DNA of 59,408 nucleotides, the filler included, from Squatina squatina (taxonomy: Eukaryota): NCBI GenBank assembly GCA_031763465.1. It is 3 parts of 3 records of this genome, joined end to end, with 100 filler letters (N's around TTAATTAATTAA, not from the genome) between each part and the next. Parts side by side here need not be neighbours in the genome. Positions count along the whole stretch, not along the records: positions 36,461 to 59,408 come from JARFOE010000120.1; 2 more parts are not named here. One strand, given 5' to 3'. Positions 36,961 to 49,520 of the stretch are shown here, piece by piece; within the stretch, counting starts at the first letter, position 1, and each line of letters begins with the position of its first letter. The notes beneath the pieces are model-generated. The model worked only from the letters and a program-made list of their open reading frames with translations, searched no databases and was not told the origin of the DNA. A program made the position numbers and the translations under genes.

Positions 36961-39050
36961 CTGCTTTACAAAAAAACACCATGAAAGTACAGTGACAATC
37001 AATCAATAAACAACAATCTTTGAGATGGACTTCAGATAGTCTTCAATATAGTTATCTTATACCTGCTTAAACACAAAACATGTTATAGACAGCCATGAGA
37101 TGATAAATATTTCCCAAAGTGGGAATTAACAGATAAATCTATATTAAAAGAACCACAAGTGGAACTTGTCAACCTGCTCTTATTGCTGATAAAGTACATT
37201 TTACTTTCAACACTCAGAGCAGATTTTCAAATCAAGAATTTTGCTAAGCTTCTTAAACCCAAGGACATGGTTGAAGCTTCTTTGATTGAAGGAGAATTTT
37301 CATTTCTCCTGATATACTATCACAAATTAGAAATTTGAACCAGTCATACTTGATGATGGCATCAGCAATAACACGGTTGCGGAGATGGATTCACTAAGGG
37401 GAAAGGCTTTTGCTATCTGGGTAAAAAAATTGCGATACAATTTTACATGTTTAACATTTGCATATCCCCTGGATAGCTGTCACCATCATGGCTGTAAAAA
37501 GGAAGCAAAAAATTATTAACCCGCCCATAAAAAATTGTTTGCAAATTTTGTAGTGTAGTAGAGATCACAGACTGGAATGTGAATTTTCTGAGCAGCTAAC
37601 GTGGTGGCTAGATAAAGGTTCAGAGCAGTATATTCCTGGCTTTTCCAGCAATTATGCCTGTCCAAAAACGTCAACGATGCACCTTTAAAGAAAGACTCCC
37701 AAGGACGATCACTAGTAACTTTTCTTTATTAGACCACTCCGTACATCACCCATTTTGTGAAGGTGGAATGTATTTTTGTTTTAGTGTTGGTATGCTCTTC
37801 TGAACTCGAGGGGTAATTATCTACTGATAAATACACACAAATCTGCTCAACTAGAATTCGCTATTGTATTATATTCTGACACTTGCAATGACTAACTTCA
37901 TTCTTAGAATTTCAGGGGGGAAAAATTAGGCTATTGCCANNNNNNNNNNNNNNNNNNNNNNNNNNNNNNNNNNNNNNNNNNNNNNNNNNNNNNNNNNNNN
38001 NNNNNNNNNNNNNNNNNNNNNNNNNNNNNNNNNNNNNNNAAATAAATATTGCGTGTGTACACAACAATAATCAGACACTATTGACTCTTCCAAAGTCAAG
38101 CATCCAAATCAGCTTTAAATTAGTCCAAAATGTTCATTTTCATGAATCATTATGAAGCTATTTCCTCGATGTGCCTATATCTTGCATCATTGAAGTGGTC
38201 CCCTGCTCTGCAAAAGGACCCAGAATGATTAATTTATTTTCCATGCTATAAACCAATGAAGATATTTCCTTAAAACATTTATGCACAATTTGTAGATATA
38301 GATTTATACTCCAAGTATTTTCTCTCCATCTACTGTTCTCCTTTAAGCAAAATGCAAACCACCAATTTTTTGGGATTGGAGGGCAGATAAGCTTAGAGTT
38401 TATTACGCCAAAATTCTTCAAAACAGAATTAACTGCTCTCAATATTTCACATGGGATCGCGAAACCTTGCACCATGTATCCCAAAATTAAATTTTCTTCC
38501 CCTCCCCAATACTATAGATTTATTACTATGGAAGAGAGCTCACCAATGACCTAGGTTTCCATACACCAGCATAGAATTAAAACTACCGTCAGATGCATGT
38601 GCATCAATACAACAAAATTAAGTAACCGGGGCAAGGTCCATACTAGCAGCAAATAAGGTTCAACTGGAGAAACAAGTTACAGAATGAATCTGCTCAGACA
38701 TTCAAAATATGGTTCTGGGCAATATAACAAGTGCTAGTCCAAAATTTAGTAGGAAGAGACAATACATGAATGACATTTTAAAAAGGGAGTGGGAAAAATG
38801 GTAAAAGTAATGAAAGCATTTCAGGTAGGAACAAAAAAAATTATTGGTCACGAAAGTAGACCAGTGAGCTTGAAATCAAAGACTAATCATTTTCTCGATG
38901 GCCAGATGCTCGACCTCAAAAAAATCTTTAATATGGGTCTCCCGGTACAATCGTTAATATTAGATTTTATTCAACAATAACTTTATTACAAAGATATAAA
39001 AGCTAGATAGATATAGATGAACCTGCAATAACCACTTGTGGGAAACATAC

Positions 39051-39236
39051 CTATTATGGTCTGCTCAGGTGAGGTGGGTGGTGTGAGTGGCAATCCACAG
39101 CTTATGGCGTCTTTCATACTTCCTGGCCCTTGTGTCGGATTAGTATGGCCTCCTGCATTAGGAGCATTTGAAATTATAGGGATATCCCCCTGAGGAATCA
39201 ACACGAAAGCTGACGGGTATACCATTCTTACTCCAC
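39051..39236 (-). CDS. MED13L: MED13L coding exon 7 (186 nt)
   Basis: ttctgtAG|GT GGA GTA AGA ATG...ATA ATA G|GTatgt; peptide [19 protein letters not shown]...[16 protein letters not shown]. Confidence 0.95.
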
Positions 39237-40000
39237 CTACAGAAAATGTTAGAACAAACAAGCATTGAAACAAATTGCTAGTAGGTCACAGCCCAAATTC
39301 ATCAACAAAAACAATTGAATATATTAATTTTATTTCAAAAAAGCTTTCCCCCTTCTTTCGTAAAGGTAAGATATGTTCAGTTCTAAAGTCAGTCAGTCAT
39401 ACCATTTCAGACAATAGATTATATACAATTACCTGATTCTTGCAAGTTTTAAGACTATTAACCAAATATATGGAATTGGAATTGCAATTCCAATTCCATA
39501 AATATTTGATTTACTTGTTGTAGGCAATATTTTTATAAGGTATGAAATATTTCCAGAGATCTGTGTTGCAACCAAGTGTACATTATGAAGTGCCAGTGAG
39601 TCATTTATAATTTCTTCCAGCCCAAGTCACAAATGAGGCAAAATGCACTGTATTACAGGCTTCATAGCCATCACAAATGTGTATACATCATGCTTAAAAC
39701 CAGCAGAAGCAACACAAGCAGGAGCTGCTCTGCTACTATTGAAGTAAAATAAAGCAGAGACTATCCCTGATCAAATGGAGCAATCATTTTAACTTCATGT
39801 CTGATCAAATGCAGAATACTCAGAAAAATATTCTTCTGTGAACTTAGCCACAGCTCACTAATGAACCCATTTACAGCTTTTCAGTTTTTGATTGGCTTAA
39901 TCTAAGTCTATTTCAGGACCTCTTCCCCTGTTTCAAGTGTCCTAATTTTCATCACCAGTCCTTTTTGAGAGTACAGATCTTTAGTAAATGTTTTTTGAAA

Positions 40001-40383
40001 GTCCATTTATCCATTTATTTTATTTCCTCCTTGAGGGTGCTGATTCTTGATGGGGCATGGTTCCACGGCACCTGCAGTCCTCCAGTGTCTTGCCCAAGTG
40101 CCTATTCTTCATGTACAAGACTAGACAGTGAATGTTAGCAGGCTGTTCATCCATATTGTAGCCAAGCTTGCTTCTGTCCACATCGAACACTCACAGGCAG
40201 GGACCTTTCAATGGAGAATCCCTAAATACAAATCAAGAGCCTTGGCTGCTTTTCCTCTCCGAGGCTTCTCGGAGCCTTGGCTGCTTTTCTTCTCACACTG
40301 CTACTCTGGTTGACAGTGGCTATATGCCTTCTTGCTCCTCACTGGCTCACTCCTGGCCACTACCTTCTTAAAGAGGCATGGTC
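40001..40383 (-). repeat. Interspersed SINE-like repeat
   Basis: Sharp compositional boundary, A-rich simple tail on the minus strand, and resemblance to 16490-16858. Confidence 0.5.
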
Positions 40384-40944
40384 NNNNNNNNNNNNNNNNN
40401 NNNNNNNNNNNNNNNNNNNNNNNNNNNNNNNNNNNNNNNNNNNNNNNNNNNNNNNNNNNNNNNNNNNNNNNNNNNNNNNNNNNCAGCAGCAAGAGTGCGA
40501 CCACTGAGGCAAGCTGACACTTTCAGGCAGAATCAGATATCTCCTTCTGAATTAGTGCTCTCAGCTTCCGAGTCCAGCCTTTCACTAACTAGAAAGAAAA
40601 GTTCCAACAAACTATAAAAAGCATGATTATTTGCATAATCTGATATTGACAGAAGTGGTCTCATAGCAACTGGTAGTTTCAGTGTGAAGGCAGATGCACA
40701 CAGCTTGTAATTGCCAATGTTTGTATTCTATTACAATAAATGTGCATAAATGGACATTGTAGCAATTCATTGCAGTACAAAATACTAGCTTGAGTTGTGC
40801 TGTAATGAGCTATGCGCATGTCACCTATATTCAAATGCCAGAAAATACCGGTTTCAGAAGTAAGCCACTTAAACTAAGCCAGTGATACTCAGACCAAGTT
40901 CAGTATAAAGTGACCTCTTGGTATATGTGCATTTCCTCATTCTA

Positions 40945-41570
40945 CATAGAAATTACAACATGATAACAGACCACTTGGCCCAAGCAATTGATGTTGGTGT
41001 CTATCCTCCATACAAGCAACAGTCATTATCTTATGTGTTTGCCTTGTTCCCATGTCCATTTATTCCCCTTTCCTTCAACAATATCTAACCCATTCTGAAA
41101 TGTCAACATGGTCTCTATTTCAATCACAAACTCCAGTAGTGCATTCCACAGCCTCACCACCTTGTGTAAAACAAGTTTCTCCTGCTCTTTGTCCTAAATC
41201 TCTTGCATCGAATACTATACTCATGTTCCCTTCATTCTAGGCCCCTCAATTACTGGGAACAGTCAATTTCTATCTAATCTCTTCATAAAGTTAAGCAGCT
41301 CCATCAAATTACCCCTTACTCTCCTCTGTTCTAATGAAAACAACCCCAATTTTTCAAGCCTTTCTTTGCATCTGCTGTATCTTCTCAAACAAGGAAGCAC
41401 CATAGTGAATCTGTACTGTACGCACTCTAGTGGCTTAACATCCTTCTTATAGTCTGGAACCCAAAAATGGGCTCAGTACTCCAACGGTGGTCTTACTAAT
41501 GTTTTACATAGATTCACCATTACATCTTGTCTTTTCTATTTCCTCACACACTCAAATATAAAGCTCAGCA
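40945..41570 (-). mobile_element. Old CR1 LINE 3' fragment
   Basis: Minus strand encodes decayed YKTLVRPPLEY*AHFWVPDYKKDVKPLECVQ.RFT and L..FSLEQRRVRGNLME.. Confidence 0.85.
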
Positions 41571-42489
41571 GTGCAATCACTGGCATGCTTCATCTGGTTA
41601 CTACTGGTTGGGGTCAATACCATTCAGGAATGCGGTACTTCAGTGTTTAATTCATTTTTGCAAATAATTTGTAATTATTATAGCAACATTTACTGCTCTG
41701 TGCTGAGTTTAAAATTCATTCTCATCCTCCACTCTCCTTTCACCACCTTCCTTCTTCCAAATACTGTCCTCAGTCTGTCAGGAGTCCAGGCTAGTTTGGG
41801 CAGCTGTCTATTCCAGAATTATCACTGTTGGTCCCATCATTGCTCAGCAGAATTACTCAATAGTGGGACCAAGCCTCCTTGACAACTCTTGCCATCTCTT
41901 TCCCTCCCCTAACCCCAGCAAAATAGAGCAATTTGTAGAAAAGAAAATTGACTAAAACTTGTTTATAAAGGAAAGACAAATCTGGATGCCACTTGAAGTT
42001 GAGTGTGCAAGCTCTGGTCCTTTAAATGGTTATCTCACTGTTCTGCTACTGGACTTACCAGGATGCTTACAGCCTATAATCATGAAGTATTTAAGACTGC
42101 ATCCTAACAGCTTACTGGAAGCCTGTTATAATGAAAACTCTCTTTATTAATGAAAAGTTTCACAAGCCCCAGTGTTATTAGTCAATCAGACTATTCTATA
42201 CAAAACTGGCCTTAAAATAACATTTTAAAAGTGAAATGGAAAAAGCACTTTGAAAGTACTTATATTCACGGCCGAAATATAAGTGTGTCGGGAAACCATT
42301 GAAAAATATTTAGCACACAACTGCTGAGTTTAGCATCAGTTCACATTGGAGTTTAATTCCATATGATCAAAAAAAATCAATATGGATTACAGTAAAGCAG
42401 CAGTTCCCAAACAAATATTATCAACAAACTGTACTTCAGGTTGTAGGACTGGACTTAACTGGTTACCGAAAAATATTTTAGTACTTCAC

Positions 42490-42635
42490 CTTGGAAAGGT
42501 GTGGCTGACGATAGTGCCATGTTGATGTGCTCTTCATTGACAAGGTACACAGGTTGGTGTTGGGCAATCTCAACACTTGTGCAGACGTTGCTCTCTCCGT
42601 GCAGAAAGAAGGTGAAGGAACAGGAAAGGTGCTCA
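42490..42635 (-). CDS. MED13L: MED13L coding exon 5 (146 nt)
   Basis: tctttcacAG|T GAG CAC CTT...TTC CAA G|GTgaag; peptide [48 protein letters not shown]. Confidence 0.97.
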
Positions 42636-43228
42636 CTGTGAAAGACCAAAAAAAGTTCATAGGAATTATGATGATTTAAAACTTCACTTTCTTCTTGGAG
42701 ACAACACATACATAATGGTTAGTAGAGAAAGAAGCACTGCATACTGGTGGAACATGGCAGTTTTCAGCTGCTAAAGCCATCAAAGGGAGCAAAAGGGGAG
42801 GTTTAAAGTGTGTAGTATTAGGGCAATAAAATGAGTTGGGTTCAATCCACGATAGGAGCAAATGTGGTCTATGATCTGTGAAACAGGAATGAGTTTGATG
42901 GGCAAAAATCTAGGTGTTGCTTCAACTTTTCTCATGCATTTATTCAGATGTAACTGTCCTTATAATGCAGATACAATTACTGAACATGTGGAAAATCTAA
43001 AAGTTAGGGGAGTGGGACTTTTTGATCTTTAGCTCACTANNNNNNNNNNNNNNNNNNNNNNNNNNNNNNNNNNNNNNNNNNNNNNNNNNNNNNNNNNNNN
43101 NNNNNNNNNNNNNNNNNNNNNNNNNNNNNNNNNNNNNNNAACCAATCAGGAAGTCCAATTTTTTTTTTTGGGACACGTACTTTAACTTTGATTTATATTA
43201 GGTTGCGTATATGAAAAGAAAAAGGAGG

Positions 43229-43610
43229 ATTTGCATTTATATAGTGCCTTTTCCAACCTCTGGACATCCAAAAGCGCTTTACAGCCAATTCAATACTTTA
43301 AAAGTATAGTAATTGTTGAAATGCGGTCGACAATCTGCACGCAGCAAGGTTTCACAAACAGCAACATGATAATGTACAGGTAATCCATTTTTAGTGATGT
43401 TGGTTGAGGGATAAATATTGCCCAGGACATCAGGGCTCCTGCATCCCCTGCTCTTCTTCAAAGTAATGCCACAGGATCTTTTACATCTCCCTGAGAGGGC
43501 ACAGTTTAATGTGTCGTCCGACAGTTCAGCACTCCATCTGTACTGCACAAGTGTCAGCACAGATATTCAGCTCAAGTCTTTGGAGTGGGACTGGAACCTC
43601 CAACCTTCTG
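43229..43610 (-). mobile_element. DeuSINE (SacSINE1-like), head truncated
   Basis: Tail TTGCATTTATATAGTGCCTTT, core CCCTGCTCTTCTTCAAAGTAATGCCACAGGATCTTTTACAT, B-box GGAGTGGGACTGGAACC. Confidence 0.9.
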
Positions 43611-43712
43611 ACGAGAGGTCATCGACCTGAAAGGTTAACTCTGTTTCTCTCTCCACAGAGGCTACCTGACCTGCTGAGTATTTCCAACATGTTCTGTTTT
43701 TATTTCTGGAAT
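43608..43712 (+). mobile_element. Penelope-like element terminus with a minimal hammerhead ribozyme motif
   Basis: CTGACGA-g-AGGTC-atc-GACCT-GAAA-ggtt-AACT followed by CTGTTTCTCTCTCCACAGAGGCTACCTGACCTGCTGAGTATTTCCAACATGTTCTGTTTTTATTTC. Confidence 0.7.
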
Positions 43713-45050
43713 CTCAATAATGGTGTCACTCCAAGCTTTACATAAACTGGAGTAAGTTGAACAGGTACCTAAAATATTGATGCATTATATTTATTCTCTG
43801 TTGAATTGTAATCATTCTTCCCAATTTCTGCATTATCATAAATGTTGGCAGTGTTAAAATGTTCAGAAGGGCTAGCATAAACAGGTGAGATGCAGTGTCG
43901 CAGTGAAAGTTAATGAGGAACTGTAGTTATGCAAGGGAGATTTTTACATTGTTGTGAAGTTGCCAGAATCAATTTAGATTGCCTTTAAAGGCAACAAAAT
44001 AATTAAATTGTTATACGTTATAAACCATGGAAGGCAAGGCATGCAATTAAATATTGAACTGTTTTAATAAATGAAGCAGCTTAAAAAGGGTACGGGTTGG
44101 GGATTGAGTCAAAGTGGGGCCCACCTGTGAGAGGAAGGAGTTCCAGATTACCTTTTTGATACAGCACGTCAAATAGTGCAACAAAGATAGATGACATATT
44201 ACTTTTAATGTTTCGTTAGAAATTCTTGGTAATGCTCAAAACACAGAAATATGTACAGAAACTTGAACTATTTTCAAATTTAACTCAGTGTTGAGAATTA
44301 ATATTGACAATAGTAAAAATATCGACCTTGAAACCAACAATTTTTTAATAGTTTCAAGAATAACTTACAAAATATTAATTGGGGGACTGAATTCTGAGAG
44401 ATGACCACTGTAAAAAAAAAAAAGTCAAGCCCCTCAGGGAGAATGGGAAGACATCTTTCAGCTATGTTCATTTAAGCAAGAGATCGTGACAAATTTAGCC
44501 TCTAAAAGCGAAAATATGACAGATGAGTCACAAAAGACTAGGGCACGGCTAAGCAAATGCAGCAGCTGAGGAGCTGTCCATAAATATTGAAGCAACTCGA
44601 CCAGAACAGATGTACAAAATGAAGACTGGAACATGGTTAATATTGCAGTTTTAAGTGGTTAGTTTGACACCAGTAGCAATAACATCATCTGAACCTTTAT
44701 AATGGACACAATTCAAAATCAGTAAAGAGATTTATGAACAGTATGGATTCTGAACTTAAGAAAATGACATACCAATTAATTTAGCTTTGAGAAAATGAGT
44801 AATCAGTAGATAAATAAATGTTACCTCATTTATCACAACATTATTAGTAAATAAATCTTTGCATGTAATATTGGGCAGCAGATCTTTACTGACTATCAGT
44901 TTAAGATGTCAGTTTCTGTTGCGAATGTCAAGAAATATACAAGATTTAAGAAAATATTAAACTAATTTACATCGCTCTTTCTTTTTCCAATGTTACCAAA
45001 AGTAAAAGTTAAATCCAGGGCACTCCATCCAAGTTTGAATTAAATGTCCA

Positions 45051-45105
45051 GAACCTGCTATATGAATAATTGTGGTTGAACCTGTTTATATGAATAATTG
45101 TGTTT
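45051..45105 (+). repeat. Two-copy tandem duplication (27-28 bp)
   Basis: GAACCTGCTATATGAATAATTGTGGTT followed by GAACCTGTTTATATGAATAATTGTGTTT. Confidence 0.85.
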
Positions 45106-45684
45106 AAACAAAATTTAAAGTGTAGCTGGCATAACCATTTAAAATGCCAAGACCTGCTCCAATTTACTTCCCACTCCCATGTTTTCTCCTCAACTGTCAG
45201 TGTTCAGTTCTTTTCGTGTACATGTTGATTATCAAGCATATAAAAGCAAGTAGCCAGTGTCCTTTATTTTCATTTTTTTGTTGTTAGGTTCACTCAAAAG
45301 CATCATTCCCCTGGCAAAGAGAGTAAAGCAGGGTTCTTGCTGCTCCCAGTCATTCACCTATGTTACTCCTGAGTTGGTATTATGCAGTGCACAAGCTGTT
45401 ACCTTAAGCTTGGAGATTGGTGGAAACACCTAGCATATATAGCTTTATATATCCTTGACACTACAAGTTAATAGAAAAGAAATTCAGAAGCAACTATATA
45501 CAGATGAAGTGTATCCTACCATAGGCACGTGATGCACTGGGGTTGTGGCAGTTTCTATTCATAAATGTAAGTTTATGTTAAATTACAACTGCATTTAAAT
45601 AGCACCTTGAATGTAGAAAAGCATGATGCAGAAGTTTAGAATGATTGCCTATGTTGAAGGCCGCAGAGAGATTAATGAGGTTGA

Positions 45685-45792
45685 GGTAAGGTAGGTCCTG
45701 CCTTGATTGAGTTCTTTGATAAAATGTAATGGTGGATGAAGATAGTCTAGTTGATCGTGTATACCGGGAGTTCCAAAATGCATTTGATAAAG
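45685..45792 (+). mobile_element. Decayed CR1 RT N-terminal fragment
   Basis: Remnants of GRSCL...IEFFD...VDE.SLVD.VY.EFQNAFDK. Confidence 0.7.
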
Positions 45793-47487
45793 ATGGCTAT
45801 GATGAAATAATTAGATCTCAGAACAGTTATTTTACAGCTGTGCCTGGCACTCAAAGTCTAAATTTGTAAAGCTCCTGTTCATTAAATCTGGCAAAATATC
45901 AAACCCCAAACTGCATAAAATGCTTATAACAGATGCTAATTTGTCCAGTTCAAGTGACAGATTTACTACAGTCCTCTGGGTTTGGGATTCAATGTCTTGC
46001 CTGTTGTAAGCGACTGTCCACTTATGTTCATGCCAATATAACTGGAAACAACCGAATAGAATGAGACTTCGGTGAATAATAAACTACATTGAAAGTACTC
46101 AAAACNNNNNNNNNNGTAAGGAATTTACTTCAGAACTGGATTGTAGAAGTGCAAAGTTGAGTTTGATCATTTGAAGGCTAAGCAGCCACAGTGGCCAACA
46201 TAATTTTTGCCTGTGAAACTCTAAAGATCAAAAGAAAAATTGGCATGACATTTAAGGGATTTCTCTGGAAGCAAGTCAGCAAGGGTGAAGGAAGACATGC
46301 ACAATGAATTTCCTTAATTTCACGCCAAAATCCACCCTCCCCGTCCCCCCAACCCCCCCCCCCCATTTGGGAATAANNNNNNNNNNNNNNNNNNNNNNNN
46401 NNNNNNNNNNNNNNNNNNNNNNNNNNNNNNNNNNNNNNNNNNNNNNNNNNNNNNNNNNNNNNNNNNNNNNNNNNNNTCCTACATTTGCACTCAATGATCG
46501 AGTCTCATCACTTAGCTATAGTATTCACATTTTATGCCCATTGCAAAAGCTGAAGCAAGACTGCATCAATTGAGCAAGCTGCCACAAGGAACATAGAAAA
46601 TTTAAATTACATAGATTTCACAGCATTGTATCATTAGTGACATCAGTTCTCAAGCATTTAAAATTTCAATGGTGCATTCCTGAAGCTCTGATCTATAGTA
46701 AGATCCCAATTTCAGAATGAACTCCTAGCTATGTGAAATCATTCGGATGAACACAAGAAATGTGTGTGACGGTCAGTATTAAAATCATGTTATTTACTGT
46801 AACAGCACTGACATTAAACCTTTATCTGCTGACATAAAAGATTTAGCTAGCTAATTCATAGATTTCATCTGTAAAACAGCTGTAAAAATCAGCAATTATT
46901 CAATTCAAATTCTTCGTCCAGAAGCTACCAATGTCATGTATCTGAATAAAGACAGCATTTCAGTCATAAACTTCATTAGGCCTTCAAAATAAAAAGGACA
47001 TCTGTTTGACATGAATTTAAACTGGACGGTGAATTCTGCAGGCAAAAGCAAGTTAATTATCCTGATGAAAGAACAGAGTAACTGCAAACCTTTCANNNNN
47101 NNNNNNNNNNNNNNNNNNNNNNNNNNNNNNNNNNNNNNNNNNNNNNNNNNNNNNNNNNNNNNNNNNNNNNNNNNNNNNNNNNNNNNNNNNNNNNNGTGTG
47201 AAACAACACTTGAATCGGAAAGTTAAACAGGCTTTGACTAATACTGGAGAGGGTTCTGAGTCTTGCAAGAACTAATGCAAGAATCATTGCCATGACTCTT
47301 CAGAAACCCTGGCATACTAAGATCCATTGGCAAAGTGCATCATGCATTTTTAAACATTCTGTACTTCAACACCAATTTTCTCCCAGTAGCTTAAAAATTA
47401 CAAGACACCACCACAATACAGTTTAACATACCATACTTGGCAGAGTGGTAATGAATAAGAGAGTCAAATTCCTCTTAGTAATCTTAC

Positions 47488-47571
47488 CTTTTGTTGACGG
47501 GCTTCTCATTTTTCTCATAGGGTTTGACAAACCATTTTCCAATCCTGACAAAGTTTTTATCCATCAGACAC
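47488..47571 (-). CDS. MED13L: MED13L coding exon 4 (84 nt)
   Basis: ttttttaAG|G TGT CTG ATG GAT AAA AAC TTT...AAC AAA AG|GTaaga; peptide [27 protein letters not shown]. Phases are compatible with exons 3 and 5. Confidence 0.96.
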
Positions 47572-47764
47572 CTTAAAAAAAAATTAAGAAAAGGGCATAA
47601 ATTTAAAATTTCTTACTTTTTCCTCCATCTTCAGATCCTAATACTGCATTCTGCAGCTAAGCTGATCCCAAGGTTCTGCTAATGGAACCTGACATTACAA
47701 GGATGCAATAACAGCCTGCAATGACAAGCCATCCAGTTATCTTTCTTTTCCTACAGTAAAAGAC

Positions 47765-47845
47765 CGGGCTTCTACAATACAACAGTAACTACAAAGCACT
47801 TTGGGATGTCCTGAGGTTGTGAAAGGCACTATATAAATGCAAGCC
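47765..47845 (+). mobile_element. DeuSINE 3' tail
   Basis: ACAACAGTAACTAC...AAAGCACTTTGGGATGTCCTGAGGTTGTGAAAGGCACTATATAAATGCAAG. Confidence 0.85.
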
Positions 47846-49391
47846 TTTTCCAAATTTCAAAAAAAAAAGTATTTTCCTTTCTGCTCAGTACCTATCCCAA
47901 TGGCATGGCTGAAACAGGAAATGTTGCATATGGAGAAAGGTAGGTTCAAATGTCATTTCAAGACAATGCATTGGAGAGCCAGCCGTGGACCTTCACTGCA
48001 CTTCACATATTTTCAGAAAGAAATGACAAGCATAACGGTCACTAGACTTAAGTATATAAAGTCAACACAACACCTACCCTAACACACTTGAGCAGTGAAA
48101 TGCTCCTGCTATAGGTTGTAAAAGTTTTCATACTGAAAGGCAGAACTTACCCAGGATGCTCTGTAAGAGTGAAATGCTTTACGACAGAGACCGAAGTGCT
48201 CCATGACTACATGGAGCATGGACAAACTGTACTGCCATCATAAAGCTGACCAGAGTTTACCCATACCAGTGATCAAAAGTGAAGCAGTTCTATGAACTGA
48301 AGTGGTTAGAAAATGATTTCATTCCCACTGAGCAATAAGGGCAAGCTGCATCTTAATTAATTGAAATCTTACAACTTACAGAAGCAGGAGAACACAAAGA
48401 AAAAAATAAAACAAAAACATTAAAAATGAGAAAAGTAAATAGGTAAACAAGGCGAAGACTTCACAAACCTGGTGCCAACTTCCACACAAGCAGCAACACC
48501 AACCATCATGCTTTATTTAAAAGCTAGTACAAGGCATGTGAAGGTTGCCAAGTTAAAACTGTTCATTTAGCAGCAGCCCAGTAGTACTATCAACTTATTT
48601 TATCACTGCATTAAATAAGTCTATGTCCATGTTTTTCATTGTGATGACCAAGCCAACCCAATGTTCGACTTTGAAAGACACTTCCAGATGAGGCAGCTCC
48701 TTCAGGCAATAATGCAGTTCTTCTATTACAATAGGCACACCTCTCTGTGTTAAATGGGAATTCTGAGTTGGCCAAACTCTGAAGACAACAATTTAGGAAA
48801 TAATTCCTGCATTCACTCCCACAATGGGACCCTCCTCCTCCAGATTCTCAGATCAAGCACACCATTCCCACTTACAGTCCTATACNNNNNNNNNNNNNNN
48901 NNNNNNNNNNNNNNNNNNNNNNNNNNNNNNNNNNNNNNNNNNNNNNNNNNNNNNNNNNNNNNNNNNNNNNNNNNNNNNNNNNNNNTTCTGCAGTGCATCC
49001 CAATTGCTGCTAATTGGTTATTCAGCAATTTGTTTACTGTTCAAATGCCAGAAAAGCTCAGGCAATATTGTTAATGTTTGAAGATTTCTGCAGGCAGTGT
49101 CTCTAAGCCTACATTATTATATACAAGCTTGCAAGTGTATTATCCAAATGTTCAACTGCTTTAATAAATGCTTCTCGTAACTGCAAAACACAGAATGCTG
49201 TTGCAAAACAGCTAAATGGACTAAAAATATCCCTTTGTAGTGTGTTGCAATTAATATCCATGTCTAGATATTTCTGGACATTAAAAGCAAGGATACCTCT
49301 AGATAACAGTACAAATATTGTGCTGCTTATGTGTTTGCACAGCTTGTGCTAATTGGCAACTATTCTCAAATAAAATATTGATTTAGCCTTA

Positions 49392-49520
<129 letters not shown>

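Noticed and set aside
48198-48219. Short hairpins (also about 35567-35590 and 17529-17571)
   Set aside because: Stems of 8-10 bp are expected by chance in 50 kb of sequence.
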